Source: Paragordius varius
Taxonomy: Eukaryota > Animalia > Nematomorpha
Reading direction: 5' to 3'
Assembly: GCA_964247055.1 (NCBI GenBank)
Contig: OZ176051.1
Location: 3,472,001-3,536,000, forward strand
DNA length: 64,000 nt
Part shown: piece by piece, positions 1-14,551 of the stretch
Position numbering within the stretch: position 1 is the first letter of the stretch
Layout of the letters: each line of letters starts with the position of its first letter
The notes under the pieces: generated by a model
What the model was told of the DNA's origin: nothing
The model's database searches: none
What the model saw: the letters and a program-made list of their open reading frames with translations, nothing else
Translations under genes and position numbers: made by a program

Positions 1-613
1 ACTTTAGACGCTTATACTTAAAGATTTGCCATCATAATTTTATAAACCTGGATTCCAATATAAAACCGGTTCTAAAAGAATTCTTACAAAGGTTAACTCG
101 TTCCGTTCCTGTTCTTTACATTTTTTAGGTTCCAGAACCGATTTTTTAAAAATTGGAACATGTTTCAAAACAGTTCTTAAAATTTTAAAACTCTTCTTCC
201 CGTTCTCTCGTGGAACAACGGCTCTAGTTCCAAGTCCCGAAATAAACATTTTTTAATTTAAGAAGCAATTAATATTCATTTAAACATATAGTTTAATTAT
301 TGACCGTAGTAATTGAATGACATGGTTCAATTAAGATGGTATTAAAAAATTTTATTAAAAATAATTATAATCTCATCCGGTTTGAAGTGCTCGAGGTTTT
401 TCCGTATCCAAAAATTTCTGAAGCATATCAGTGGTTTCGGCAAGGGCTGTCCTTTTTGAATTGGTTAACATTTCATGTTCTGAGCCTCGATTTTTGTTTA
501 AATTTTCGGTTCTATCAATCTCGAGACCCTGTCACGCATTTGATTAAATTAAAAAATTTTACAGTAAAATGTTAAAAATAAAATATATAAATATAATTAT
601 ATCTGGTTTAATC

Positions 614-3600
614 TTAACTTTGTGAAAAACAGATGATAGACTAATGTATCCAATTATTTTTACTTGTATTTCCAAATATTTTTCTCCAACAAGTTTCCAA
701 TCCACAACATCACTTAAGGGTCTGTTTGTGGATAAACCTTTCCTTTGTGATCCGTTTGGACTTGAAAACTTAAATATGGGGTAAAAAACTATGAAATGTA
801 ATCATAACATGCGCTAAAAGCTATGAAAGAGAAAAGGATTCTAAAACATTAAAAATATAGGATTATCATTTTATACTTTGACACTATAAAATTATAATTA
901 AATTCCGGCAAAATGGCCATAAATTATTTGAAAAAATAACCTTTTCACGTTGTATAAAACCACTAGAGAACACAGATGAGTCGCCTCCAACAGGTTGCAA
1001 TTTACCACTTGGAAAACATTGCAGCTTTTCTTCCTCGTTTAAAAAAGCTTCTTTTGATAACGAGAATATCCCAACTAAAAACAAAAAAAATATTTGGACA
1101 TGATAAGGTAAGATAGCTTCGTTTACCTAAAAATGTTCACGAAACTTTTTTAAACTTTATCTAAGTAATGAGTTTTAAAAGCTTATTGTATACAGAATAT
1201 AATTTCAAACTAACATCCGTATCGATAAAGGAGCTTGAAAAAGACCCATGATTTTGTGAATAAATTGATAGGGGATGGGGCTGGTGGCTGTTTTTCGGTA
1301 TTAATTATGAGTTGTCCTCTACCATACTTCCATTCTAAATCTGATTCTTCCTAAAATAATAATTGAATATATTTGTTATTCATGTTTACCATTAATAAAT
1401 TTATTTATGATAATTTCCCTAAAATCAAGAGATGAAAATTAAATTTCGCCGATAGCAGTTATCGATCTCAGACTTCCAACTATTGCCACGGAGTTATATT
1501 CAGTGTTTTTAACAAAAAAATTATTTTTAATCATTAATTTAAAAATTTTCCCATTTATTTTGCAATAATAGTGCAGACTATGCCAAAATTATATATTAGA
1601 ACCAACCATAAGTTAATTTAGAACATATAAAAACGAATAAATGCGAAAATAATAAGTAAGCAAATATGTGATTTTCATCATTTTAAAACTTTAAAAGTTT
1701 GCGATTAGTTTCTAAAGTTTATATGGATATATTGTTATAATGAGTCCTAATTAGAGTAGGATTTGACTTATGAAATCATTCATGAGTGAATTGAATGCCA
1801 CCTCTCCTAAAAAACTCGGTCTATAAATCATTTTTGTATCTCATTAATTTGCTATCAAACGCTGTTAAAGATTGGTTGATTTTGTTTGTTTAGTTCCAAC
1901 ATATATTTTTCTGATATTAATATTTACTGGTGTCACCAAGTATGATTGCATTCAAAAGCTATCAAGACCGGTTTTTTAATATTAACTGGCCAAAATCCTT
2001 ACATTAAACCAAATATTCACCTTTTACCATTTGTATTTGTTATTGGCTAATCAGGAAGAAAAGCTGCACTGATTATGAAAGATCTACCAGTATTATAATT
2101 TTAAGAAGTTTTATTGCAAACACGCCTTAAATGTTCGCATAAATGCATCCGTATTAATCATTACAAAGAAAGGATTGAATCAAGTGTTCCATATTTAATT
2201 ATCAGTTTTTTATAAAAATTGACCTTGATTAAAAATATGTTTATTTATTTTCAAATACCCTCTGTAATAATTTATTGACATACCAATTTTATATGATGAT
2301 TTTTAACAAATTACCTGTATAGTTTCATACGTATAACTTAACATGGCTATAAGCAAGTTGAGCAATACTATGAAAGTCACCATTAAAAATATTCCAAAAA
2401 CTAGTTTTGACCAAACAAAGCTGTATGCAGGTGTTTGATTTTGTACAGGGAACATGTCGGGGGACACGAGTCCAAACAGTGAGAAAAACAAAAGCTCAAA
2501 ACTTTGAATGGGATTCAGAAAATTGGTTTTGTATATTTCTGTTATAGAAAACTATATGTTTCATCAACTGTAAATATTAAAATTAAGCGTGAGTTTCAAT
2601 GATTTATAACAAACTTTTTTTAATTATTAAAATATATGATAAAAAATTAATATCAGTTAAACACATATAATAATGTCAAATATGAATAAAACAATGACAC
2701 TGTATGGTTTTAAATATCTCTAACTTTAGTTTAGTATGGTGATAACTTAAATTAATTTTAACAAATCAGTTTTTAAACCTTCTCCGACTGCATTAGTCCG
2801 AGTTTTTAAGGGCATCATGGGTACATAAATGGTTGTAAACGCAAAAGAAAATCCAACCAAAAATAAGGCTAACACTATGAGAAATCTAGACATATCCGTT
2901 ATTAATTCACGTATCACAACAGCCCAGGGCCCAAACAAATCATCAAAACTGTAAAATGAAGGTAAAAAAGTGTTGACCAAATTAGTTTAATTAGATACTC
3001 AAAGGGTAGAAATAGTTATTAAAATCTCTATATTATTCTATAAAAAAAGATTAGTTTTACCTTAAGAATTCCAAGAATTGAATGAAAGCCATGACCAAAG
3101 CAATCGCAAACAATTGATTTCGTGTATATAATACTATTAATCTGGCCCTTCCTTGGAAAAAAATTCCCATAAAATGTACAAAGATGGCTACTCCGCACAC
3201 AAGTAATATTAAAATTTTAAGCCAACCTATATGTGAAAATAAAATTTAAAAGTTATTTTTATTTAAACAATTTTTCAAACCTAATCCAACGATTTGGTTG
3301 CGGGAAAACAATTCTTGAACAAAATTTCCCAGAATCCAAATCAAAAGAAGCCATTCATTCCAATGTGGTATTAACGAAGTTGATTGCCAGGCCTGATAGA
3401 TTTGAAAAGCAGTTACGGATAACAGGAGCAAACAAAATATTACGTGGGAACCTAGGTAGCATATAAACTAATCTCAGTATGGTATATACAAATTACAATA
3501 TGTGTATGTGGTTATATGAGAAACAATTCAAATAAAAGAAAGTATACTTTGATGATGGGATTGCGATTAAAACGATAGCAACAGGGGAGACTTAGACTTA

Positions 3601-6600
3601 TCCAGAGGGGTGGAAATATGAGCATACCTATGAATAGCAGAACGAAATAGTACCAAGGCCAATCAGCAAGCGTGTCAACCCATAATTGGGAAAGCCAAAT
3701 TTGTATAGAAGGGTGACTGGTTAGGGTTTTGAGTTCGTTTTGAAGGATTAAATTAATTAATTGCCGCTGTCCTGTGTGATCTGAAGCCCGAAGGAGGGAG
3801 CGCGCCCCACCTGGAGCCAATTCAACCGCTAATGAAGTTAACTCATAAGCCATGGCTTCACAATACGTTCCGGTTAAATTTAATTCACGGGCCCTTTCTT
3901 TGTTACGGGCCGCTGTGTCGTTAAATCTATTGATATATAAGATTGTATGGTTATAGTTTATAGATTTAATAATGCATAAGACTTAAAAGCATGTAGGATT
4001 TATTTGAAGTAGAGAATTTGAAGTAGCTGTCACTGTATCTTAATTGGTCTTTTAAGCTCATTATCATGCTTTTTTCCGATTTTTATATCATATATTTCAT
4101 GATAGAGCCATCGAAAATTGCTTATAACTTTCACGAAATAACTCGTTAGTGATTTATAAGCCATCATAATGAGTTAAAACCAATACAAAACGTATTTAAT
4201 CATATTTTCTATGTATAAATCTAAAAGTGGAATTAAATAACAAAAAAATTTAATTTAATTTTTAGATTTAAATAATAAGCCACATATTTTTCCCACGATT
4301 GGGGTCATTTATGCCGGTTGTGCAAATCGAAAAATTATACCTTTTGGCCAAGACAACGGCAACTTCTATGGGTGCAGGTGAATTTAGCACATATTCAACA
4401 ATGTTACGATTGTTGTAAAAGCGGCCACACACCATCATGTCAAATATGAAGTTTTGTTCCATTAACAATTCGAAGATGGGATGTTCCTTTTTAACCAAAA
4501 AACTAAACACGGATATGTGGTTATTTGCTTGTGCCAATGTCAATGGGATGTCACCAGAGCTCGTTTGTGCGAGGGGTGACGCACTGGCCTGGATTAATTT
4601 TCTTACAATTTCCAGGTAACCGGCTTTTGAGGCGAAATGCAATGGTGTCCATGAATTCTGAATATTTACGGTTTGAAACATATTTATTTCATAATGGTCA
4701 CATTTTATCTGTTAATAAAACAGTGATAGAATACATACATTATCCCGGCTATCGACTTGTGCACCTTGACTGAGTAAAAGAGACACCATATCAGTTTGCC
4801 CATTGTAAGCAGCAATATGAAGAGGAGTTCGCCCCCTTTTATCCTTGGTTTGAAGTTGAAGGGCTGATTTTGAAATGAGTATACTAGCAACGCTTGTGTG
4901 CCCACCCAACGCGGCATAATGCAATGGAATGTAACCCATCAATTGCGAGGGTGAATTAACTTCCACCCCAGGCGAATTTAATAGTAACCGAACGATGCTT
5001 TCATGACCATATTGGGCAGCAAAGTGTAAAGGAGTTAATCCATACTTTTGGTTTTTTTATTTAAAAAATGATTATGTTAAATAACTAGAGTGAATCGCTT
5101 TTTAAAATTTTCGGAGTAGTTTTTAAATTCCAAATTTTTATAATTAATTGGTTAGATAATGTTTATAGTATTTAAATTTTTTGCATGTATGTGAAGCGAA
5201 CAATCTATACCATTTACAATTTAAATTCACCCTCGAACAATTCAAATCACCTTATCTTTCTTAAGATTAACAATTACCTATATTTTAATATATTTTTGAG
5301 AATAAAAATTTTGTTTTATTCAAAATAATACTGAAAAAATAATAAACTATGCCATAAAGATATATTTCATATTAATAATGAGTTTGATTATTTCGAAAAC
5401 ACATAATTTATTTTTAGGTTGAATTTGATCTGTAAATGGTATATAAATTTAGATAATTTTATATTTTATGTCAAATTGTGTCTCAAATCATTGCCGTACC
5501 TTGCCTTTGGCGTTATAAAACAATTTAAAAAAAATAAATTAATATTTCTCATTACAGAAAAACAACTCCATATAGTGGTACTACATATTTTGCAATCAAA
5601 TTAAAAAACGATAACTTAAATAGAGTTAATGATGGTAAAACATAAACATCAATCTTATCCCTGGATGTCCTATTGTGGTTAGCTATATCAGTCGTTAATT
5701 CTGATTTAATAGTTGCAGGAATTTTTTCTAGCATTTCTCTAACAAATTCGACTTTGCCTGATCTAGCAGCCACATGTAAAGGGTTTAAACCCGATTTCGA
5801 ACTCACAACTGAGGACATGGCAGGGGAAAAGGCTAATATTGCTTTAAGCACAGACGTTTGTCCAGATTGTGCAGCCAACTGTAATGCATTGTATCCATTC
5901 TACACCACAATAAATAGTTATTATAAATCCAAAAAAAGATGTAAAATTAAAACTGAGAAAATGTGGCTTTGTAAAAATTATACTTTATCCTCCTGAGTGG
6001 GTAGTGCGCCAGCTTCCAATAAAATCCTAACTATGTTAATGTGTCCGCCCTGTGCCGCTAACTGCAATGGGGTTGACATTAACTCCTAAAATAAGGATTT
6101 GAATAACATTTTTATTAAATTAAAAAAAATATTAGTTTTAAATATTTACCTGATTAATTTGCATTACAGAGTCTGGATTATATTTCATGAGTGTTCGAAT
6201 AACGTCAAGGTTTCCCTTCATAGCTGCAATATGAGCACATGTATTGCCATTCTTAAGAAATTTATATTTTTACAATTTAAGGTTTTTATATAAAATGATT
6301 GATATTATAATAATAATTGGTATTGTATTACACAAAATACTCTATTTATAATCCTATATCATTTGATAACCAAAAGCTTCATATAATAAATATCAAAAAT
6401 AAATGCGGTCGGCAATCTAAAAAAAGTTTCATTTTTCTGATATTAACTAAAATCAAAAAAATCTCATTCTTTGTCGCACATTTGGTCGAATAAAATTGAA
6501 TACAAGCATGATTGATATTTCTTTAAAAATTGGTAATTATTTTGCTTGTGTATATATCTCTTTTCATTCTGAATTTTTATATTGAGATCTAAAATATCGA

Positions 6601-9600
6601 AGAATTTGGTTTTAACATCCATTCATGTAATACGATAAATTTCAAATGAGTTATAAACATTCGTAAAAATATTATCATTATAAAAGTTTTATGAACCATT
6701 GTAAGTATGGTTGCCATATCAGGGTATTGACTCAAAAAAATCTCAATAACTTCACAATGATTATTTTCGGCCGCAAGATGTAAAGGGGCGTATCCATTTG
6801 AATCAAACGTAAAAGGATCGGCAGAGTATGTGAGTAATGTTTTGCACACTTTCACTTGCCCAGTTTGAGCTGCCAAATGTAGGGGTGTCTTTTTGTTCTA
6901 TAAATTGGTAAATGACCATGTGTTAAAAATTAATCTGAAGTGAGGGAAAACTGTAATGCATATTTTGTAAGCCAAATTTTTTACAATAGAAAGAGTTAAA
7001 CTAAAAACCTTTACAAGCTAAGAATCTGTTTAATAATAATCAAAACAGCAGCCATATACCAGATTAAAGTAGATTTGAATATATGCAAATTACAAAAATT
7101 GAAATAAATTAATTAGATAATGTCTAAGTTTAATTATGCTATTCTCATACAGTTGATATCCACATGAATATCACCATATAAAATACATATTAGTCCACAT
7201 ACTAGAGATCCGGTGGAGACGTTAGCCCCGTACTGCTCAATGAGTTTTTTGGATAAGGTGTCATAACCATTTAGGGCTGCCAAATGTAGGGGTGTAATGC
7301 CTAGTTTGGATTTAACGTTGACATAAGCCTTGTTAGCTACCAAAAGGTCGACAATGTCTTCGTGTCCGTTTTCACAGGCTAAGTGAAGAGCTGCTTTACC
7401 TTGCTAACAAGAGCATACGTGTGAAAAGCATTAACTTTGATTTGAATAAAATGTATACAATATTTTTATTGGTATGACCATGAGTGACCGTATTTATGAG
7501 CGATTACTTATTATTTAGTCATCCGTCTTATACCTACCCTAACTATAGGCAAAACCTAAAATTTAGATCGAATTTTGTAATACAGTGTTATTTAATTTTA
7601 TTAATAATTCCCCTAATAACTACATTCTAAGGATACGGAACTTATCAAAAACGAAATTAATCAATCCAATTTCGTGTTTAATAGTACTAATAACATTGAT
7701 AATGACAAATTAAGAATGGATAAATTTTAAATTTAATATTTATACCTAAGATTGTTAAATTAAAATCACTTGATAAACACAAGTTTAAATTATAATTATT
7801 TATGTAAGCGACCAAGTGACGGCAAAGGATGCATTATAACCGATCAGACCTCACTCTAAATCGAACACACCACTTCATTTGAAATAAGCATGATTTGGAT
7901 AAATATGTAATTACTTCATCAAATACATCCACACGAGCTTGATACTTTAATAAAAGTTGGACAGCTTTCAAACTTCCGTATTCGCTTGCAACCAATAAGG
8001 GACTCCATCCCGCCTTATCTTGCAAATTTACAATAGCTGATATCTTTTCAGACGGTATGCTACGTAACATAATTGCAAGAGCTTCCGAGTTCCCGGCTTT
8101 GGCACAGTAATGCAGGGGTGTTTCTCTTAACTGCATATTGATATCATTAATTAAAAATAAAAACTGTTTTTCATATGTACTTTAGCCAAACGCACTCTAA
8201 AGACTATAAACATTTTAAAAAGTTAATAATTAATCAGGTGTTGCAAAAGTCAATCGATTGCTTTTTTCTATACAAGTTTTACTTTAATTGTAGTTTTATT
8301 AACATCGGCTCCATAGGCTAAAAGCGACTCCACGATATCAGTTTCTTCGTTTAAATGATGAGAGACCGTGTTTGTTAATTGTGCGGCTTTGTGAAGAACG
8401 GTTTCTCCTTCCTATACACAAAAAATAATATTTGATCGTATAAAAATATATCCAATTAATATCAAAAGAAAGAAATATTACTAAATTTGGGTAGTTAACA
8501 TATTTGATGGCATTCCCTTTCCCATCTCTGTGGGAAACTGTTTGAAGAATTAATTTAACGATGTCAGCATGACAAGCCATAACAGCAAAATGGAGGGCAG
8601 TTTCTTTATCCTATATACACACAATAATTAATTTAAGGGAAAAGTGAGCCATTTAGTATCTTTAATAATCTTTAACTAATTTTACCTTGTTTATAGCATA
8701 AACATCCACTTGTTCCTGGAGTAATAAATTAATTATCTTAATATTCCCAAATTTCGCTGCTATCTGTAAGGCTGTTTCATTATTCTAGAGGAGTAATATA
8801 AGTATTATATTACGAGAAAAAAGGGTGAATACATTTTGAAAATTTAACATACAATAATATAAAAGCACAACCTTATTTTATATTCTCTCTTTTTCAGTAT
8901 TATACCGTTATATTCAAATTTAATATATTTTATATATAAAATTTTATACATCGGCATTTACGATCCTAGCCCCAAACTCAAAATTTAGATCTGGAGCCCT
9001 AAAACTATCGTATGCTAAAAAATTCTAGAAAATCTTTATGAACCCCTAATATTGTTAGAGGAAAAGATATTACAAAATAAGCTTTAATACCAATTGTGTA
9101 GCATCAACGTTTGCTCCACTTTTTATCAAAAGTTCAGCACATCTTTCTTCATCTGGCAATTGCGAAACCATGTGTAAAGCCGTTTCCATATTCTGAATTA
9201 TAAATAGGCGTAATTAAGATTAATTTATCCTTTTTTACTTAAAAAGGGTTAAATTTGATAAAAATCAAACTATCTGATACACAACCTAAATAATGTTCTG
9301 TTATTATAGGCAAAAAACATTTTCTGAATTTTTTATGTTTGTTAAATAATGTTTTAAACTAGATAACTGGGATTAAACTTCCACAAACTATTTATAAAAA
9401 ATCTTAACGGGCACTAGGCGTCAGTAGTGAAACGATAGTCCCGCGAAGGAAAAAGGTTATATTTGATTTTTTCTGTGTTTTTTATTTAGTCCTACTGCGC
9501 ATTATTATAGTTTGGTTGGCCAACACAAAACCTTATAATGATATTATTGATGCGTTTCGTTTATTAACACTCCAATACCTTTTGAGGTAGCTTTTATATC

Positions 9601-12600
9601 CCAGAGCGATTTGAAATGTCAACATATTAAAAAGTATTTAAGGTAATAAGCCGATTTAAAAATTTGCTTCTTTAGCCTTTTAGGCGCATTATACAAAGAA
9701 ATTTTTTGAAAAAAACGTAAAATTGTAAAAAAAACCTCATCTCAAAATATATTTTTTTTAAATCGTCTATGCAACAGGCAAATAAAAGTATATAGTTAGA
9801 AAATGGAAATTGACTAACTTTAAGGAGCTATCAAACTGGATATATTTTGATATTAATATCAGCTGTTCGTTTCAATCGTGTTTTGGAGCTATTTTAATTT
9901 AAGACTCTAGAAGTCACTAAACTATAAAAAACATAAGCTTTTTATTTAATACATGAGAAAAATGTTTGATAATTAAATTTAAATAAAATAACTTTCAAAA
10001 CTGTAGTTAATTTAGATTATTTAGAAAATTATGCCCTGAGATATAAAACTACCAAAAAATTTAAATCAGGACAAAAAAGTGAACAGATAAAGGTGAAGTG
10101 CTAATTTAAATAAAAAATATATTCAAATAAATGGATTAAAAGAGTATTATAATAATTTACATTGTTGTAACATATGTAAAGTTGAACAAAATTTCTTTCG
10201 AATCATCCACTAATGTAATATTTCAATTTTTACGGCAGCCTATCTTTGCTATCATAAAATATTGCATAGAATAATTTTATTTTGTATTGGTGTAAACCTT
10301 TTTGGCGTTCAAATTATATTGATTTGTAATGAATAAAATGAAATTGTAAAAAACAGCAAAAAGAATAATATTAAAACAAATTTTAACAAAACGCACCTTG
10401 CCTCCTTTAAGATCAACCTGAGCCCCATAACCCAGGAGTACTAAAATAACAGAGGGTTTATTGTACATGACTGCAATATGAAGGGCTGAGAACCGGTCCT
10501 TAGTGAGTGCGTCCACATTTACAGAATTCTGTAGCAAAAGTTTTACCATTTCAGTTTGTCCTCTTCGTGCGGCTGAATGTAGAGCTATAGCTCCATACTT
10601 TAGCAGAAACATAAATTAGGGTAAAATAAAAAATAGTAAATTTATATATCCTTATATGATCAAATTTGGTTATGCTATGGTTTATACCAAGGGTGTCCAA
10701 CACAAATGGCTTTGCCGGCCGCATTTGAAATATATATTGGCATTTATATATAATTTATAAGATTTCAAACATATGATTGTAATATGCCAACGCAATATTA
10801 CAATTTTTTTTGCCAATTGAATAGACTAATTTAGAAATTATTTTAAGAAATATCAATTTTGCTACGATTTTGTGCGCATATTTTTGCAAATTAAGAATTT
10901 CCAAATTTTTTGCGGGTCGCATATTGAACACTCCTGGTTTTTGCTGACAAATATAAAATTATGCCGAAATCGATATAAGCCATACGAAATTAATATGCTT
11001 AATGTTAAAAAGACGTTAATAGGTACAATTTTAGCATAAATAAGGTTTTATTGCAAGATCAGTTAATTTAATATGGTGGATAGATGGGTCAGTCTTTGGT
11101 TGTTAAATTAATTAAAATTATTTATTTTCCAATTTTATGCCCAGATTAAATTCAAAGTTTGGGGGCAAATAGCTAAAACTAATAAATTATCAATACAAAT
11201 TCATAATCATTTCACTCTTATAAGTAGATTTTTTTACGTTTGTGAATGAAAACCTTATTTGGCATTAGAAGAGGGACTCCCTTCTTAATAAACAACTTTG
11301 CCGTTTCAGGTTGACCACTGAGTGCTGCTATATGTACCAAAGTACTACCATCATCAGTCCTGGCATTGAGACTTGAATGAAATTTATCAATCAAAATATC
11401 GACAATTTCTGTGTTTCCTCGTTCTGTGGCTATATGCAAGGGTGTTCGGTCAAACTGTTTTTCAAAGTAAATACTTGAAATTTTATAATCTACAAAATGG
11501 ATTTTACAGAAATGGACGGTCATAATTATTAAAGGGTGAAAATTACTATGTATCGATTCCCATTTATTTCCGTATCATATATTAAAATTATATATTATTT
11601 AAATATATTTTACTTTTGAAGCATATGCTACATTTAAATAAAGATTAAATTAAAAAAATATTTTGGTAAATTCTTTCAAAAGTAATTTTATTTTAAAAAT
11701 ACAAAGATCAATGGGATCAAATATAATGGGATAAATATTTGTATAGATAAGTGTGAGTCCGAAAATAGTAACCCTGTTTAGAAAGGGATATGGATTTTAG
11801 ATACGTCTACTTGTTTAAAAAACCAAACTACTTTATGCAAAAAACAAACACTAAATTAATATTTGTAATCATTTGATAATTATTCTATATTTTTGGTAAG
11901 GAGGCGGCCTACTTTGTCCATAATATTTGGATTGGCGCGGAATTCATATAAAATTTCAACTATTTGCGCCTCTCTTTCCCATGCCGCTATATGCAGTGGT
12001 GTATGGCCTTCATTCTAAATATGTGTAAGTTTTTGCAAAATTATACTATAAAGTATAAACAAACATTAATCAAACAGCATTTTACAGTCCTATTTATGAA
12101 TAAATTAAGCCAAAATTTGAATATTCCTAACTTAGATTATTAATCCGGAAATCGCGTAACAATCTCATTGAAAATGATTAGTGTGGAAAATCTAATTTTT
12201 TATAGCGTTTTTTTCTCATGAATGTATGTGAATAAAAATGATTAAGATATATATAAATACGTACATTTTGCATATCGATGGGAGCTCCGGCCTCCAAAAA
12301 TAATTTTGCTAAATTGATATCTTTTTTACGGCACGCAAGGTGTAACACTGTGTCACCCGTATCCTATTTATAAAAAAACTATATAACTTAATTTAATCTG
12401 CATTACATGAAAACTAAAGACTATTCTCCTTTTAATTACCAGCAAATTTAAAAACAGATTAAAAAAGTATTTATGATTTGCATCGCTGTAGTGACATTAA
12501 AAGTCGTTTAGCCTTAAAAAATTGAATATGTTTTTTTCTAGTGGCATTTTATATTATGTAGTTCAAATATATATGATTTTTTCCATTATTTGTCCTTATA

Positions 12601-14551
12601 GGAAGATATTTTTTGTAAATAATTTGATTTACAATTAAAAAACTAATTGTAATTTATACCAAAAATATTTTATATCTGTATATAGTCTTTCACCATACTA
12701 TAACATATTTAGGGTGTTTTATATAGATCGATCAAACACATTTTGAATAATTTGAAAGCGGCATATAACCAATTTTCTCCACACTGATTTTAATCTTAAT
12801 TAAAAAAATGAAATAACCCTTTTAGCATATCGCAATTGTAATTTTGTTTGGGCATTCAACAACTCCCTACATACTACAAGATTATTATTATCTGTGGCTA
12901 AATATAATGGAATTGAATCTTCTGCATCGGGCGTTAAGCGACAATTGGGTCCAGAAATTTTAAGGAGTAATTTTACTAAACTTTGGGCTCCAATACTCCG
13001 ACAGCAAGCATAGTGTAACGCTAATCTTTCTAGGTCCTAAATATGGTTTAATCGGGATTTTGTAGGGTATTTTAAATTAGCTAAACTAAACTTTGTAGTT
13101 TATCTAATAAATAATGAAAACAGGGGTGAACAATCGGCCCTCCGAGATATTTTGTGAGGCTAGCTACAGATTTGGAATATTACCAATAAATACGAAATTC
13201 TTTGTTCAACAAGATGCTTATAAATCTTAGCAGAATTGATGTGTTTTAAAATTTTCTGAAATCGTCTTTCTATATTTTGAACTAGCAAAAACTGGTGAGA
13301 TAAATATCAGTCGTATTGTTTTCGTAATTTTTAATACTATAATAAAGTATTTATAACATAATTTTAATAAAAGTGCGACCCGCGAAGCCTGTAAATAATT
13401 AAACCAACATCAAAAAACATACCCCACCCTTGGCTGTAGCGTCCGCATTTTTCTGTATTAACATCCTGACCACATCTTCTTTCCCATATATCGCCGCATA
13501 ATGGATTGGTTTCAATCCATCCTATTATTTAGGAAAAAAATATTTTTTGGGGAAAATCGAATACCTTATCGGCAGCGTTAACATTAACGTTAAAATCAAT
13601 CAAAATTTCCACAATTTTAGTTTTGTTGTCCTTCAAGCCAAAATGCAATAGATTTTGTTTGGTACTCTATCAAATAAATAATACAATTATTAAATCTTAA
13701 TTAGAAGTGAGATTAGATTCAAAAAATAACCCGTCTGACCGCTTATGAATGCAGCTATTTATTACCATAAGCATTTTCTTACTAGAACTCAAAGATGTAT
13801 GTTGAAAAACCAAAGGACGAATTATATCGTTAATGGATTAGTTTGATAAATAATATATTAATGAACAATAGAATTTGCCAAATTTTTAAAATATTATTAT
13901 GCTTTATTTTCATGAGATAAACATATGTTAAAAAATTTTCGACTGATTATTTTTAAAAGCGGCCACAATCACGGTAATATATGCATTTATTACCGTACAG
14001 ATTTAACAGCAAAAAACTATATATAAACCTACACATTTAACATCTGTAGCTACCGATTGCCACGTATAAATAAAAGCGCTTTCCAATATCCCTAGTAAAG
14101 CCAAGCCAAAAACCAACATTTTTTAACTTTCATATTGGGTCATTAATTAAGACATATGTTTTTAATTTATTAAATAACAAATATTTTATGCCCTATTTTT
14201 TCAATATTGTTAAGGAAGTGACCTACTTTTATAACCCAGGGTATGATAAAGCAGGATATAGTGTAGAATAAAGATTTTTTTTATCAAAATTAGTGTTCGA
14301 ATTCGCCATTACATAAATAGTTAAAATCTTACCTTGTCTGTTTGGGATAAAATGTGGCCAATATTTTGACGCAACTTTTCACCATCAATATCTTGTGTAA
14401 TTCTAAGTGTTTTCCGAAAATTTTCATAAAATTTTGTCAAATTATTTTCGATTTCTTGCCATTCAGAAAGTTTAGCTTTTTGAATCCATTCTGAAATGTT
14501 TAATGTTTTAACGAATTCCTCAGGGTTATTGATGGTGAAATCGGGTAACAT
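614..14551 (-). CDS. nompC: TRPN1/NOMPC mechanotransduction channel (29 ankyrin repeats, 6 TM segments, TRP box), about 1633 aa over 28 exons plus an uncertain last exon
   Basis: Exons (minus): 14551-14333, 13666-13565, 13521-13423, 13036-12818, 12363-12265, 12014-11913, 11454-11254, 10597-10397, 9192-9091, 8784-8686, 8610-8482, 8411-8283, 8130-7915, 7403-7203, 6897-6697, 6251-6150, 6085-5984, 5899-5648, 5044-4739, 4657-4341, 3926-3548, 3467-3281, 3226-3061, 2948-2779, 2538-2315, 1350-1215, 1074-941, 768-664. All junctions are GT-AG and frame-consistent. Motifs match NOMPC as I recall it: DRTPLHIATERG..ILIDKF, SPAPIEVA, DDLFGPWAVVI, LLNLLIAMLS, EESDLEWKYG, DVVDWK. The last exon (640-614) and the start codon are less certain. 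Confidence 0.95.
5206..5443. mobile_element. TATACCATTT-terminal MITE (TRPN intron 18)
   Basis: Perfect 12-bp TIR TATACCATTTAC / GTAAATGGTATA with subterminal AAATTCACC motifs. Same family as 27262-27519 and 42360-42946. Confidence 0.6.
9655..9745. repeat. Dispersed repeat fragment, reverse-complement copy at about 54915-55000
   Basis: CTTTAGCCTTTTAGGCGCATT...AATTGTAAAAAA..C.T.ATC is shared between the two sites. Confidence 0.5.
10688..10936. mobile_element. hAT (Buster/Charlie type) MITE in TRPN intron 7
   Basis: Ends CAAGGGTGTCCAAC and ATTGAACACTCCTG are imperfect TIRs. The 8-bp flanks GTTTATAC and GTTTTTGC match at 6/8 positions, and the left one has a central TA. Confidence 0.6.

Noticed and set aside
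3233-6293. Plus-strand ORFs (3233, 4437, 4525, 5419, 5673, 6099)
   Set aside because: They are antisense shadows of TRPN exons or AT-rich intron sequence. The same applies to the antisense ORFs over the RTE and RBM24.
13220-13388. Possible extra TRPN exon after the acceptor TTACAG at 13389
   Set aside because: The translation has no ankyrin character and runs into a stop, and all 29 repeats are accounted for without it.
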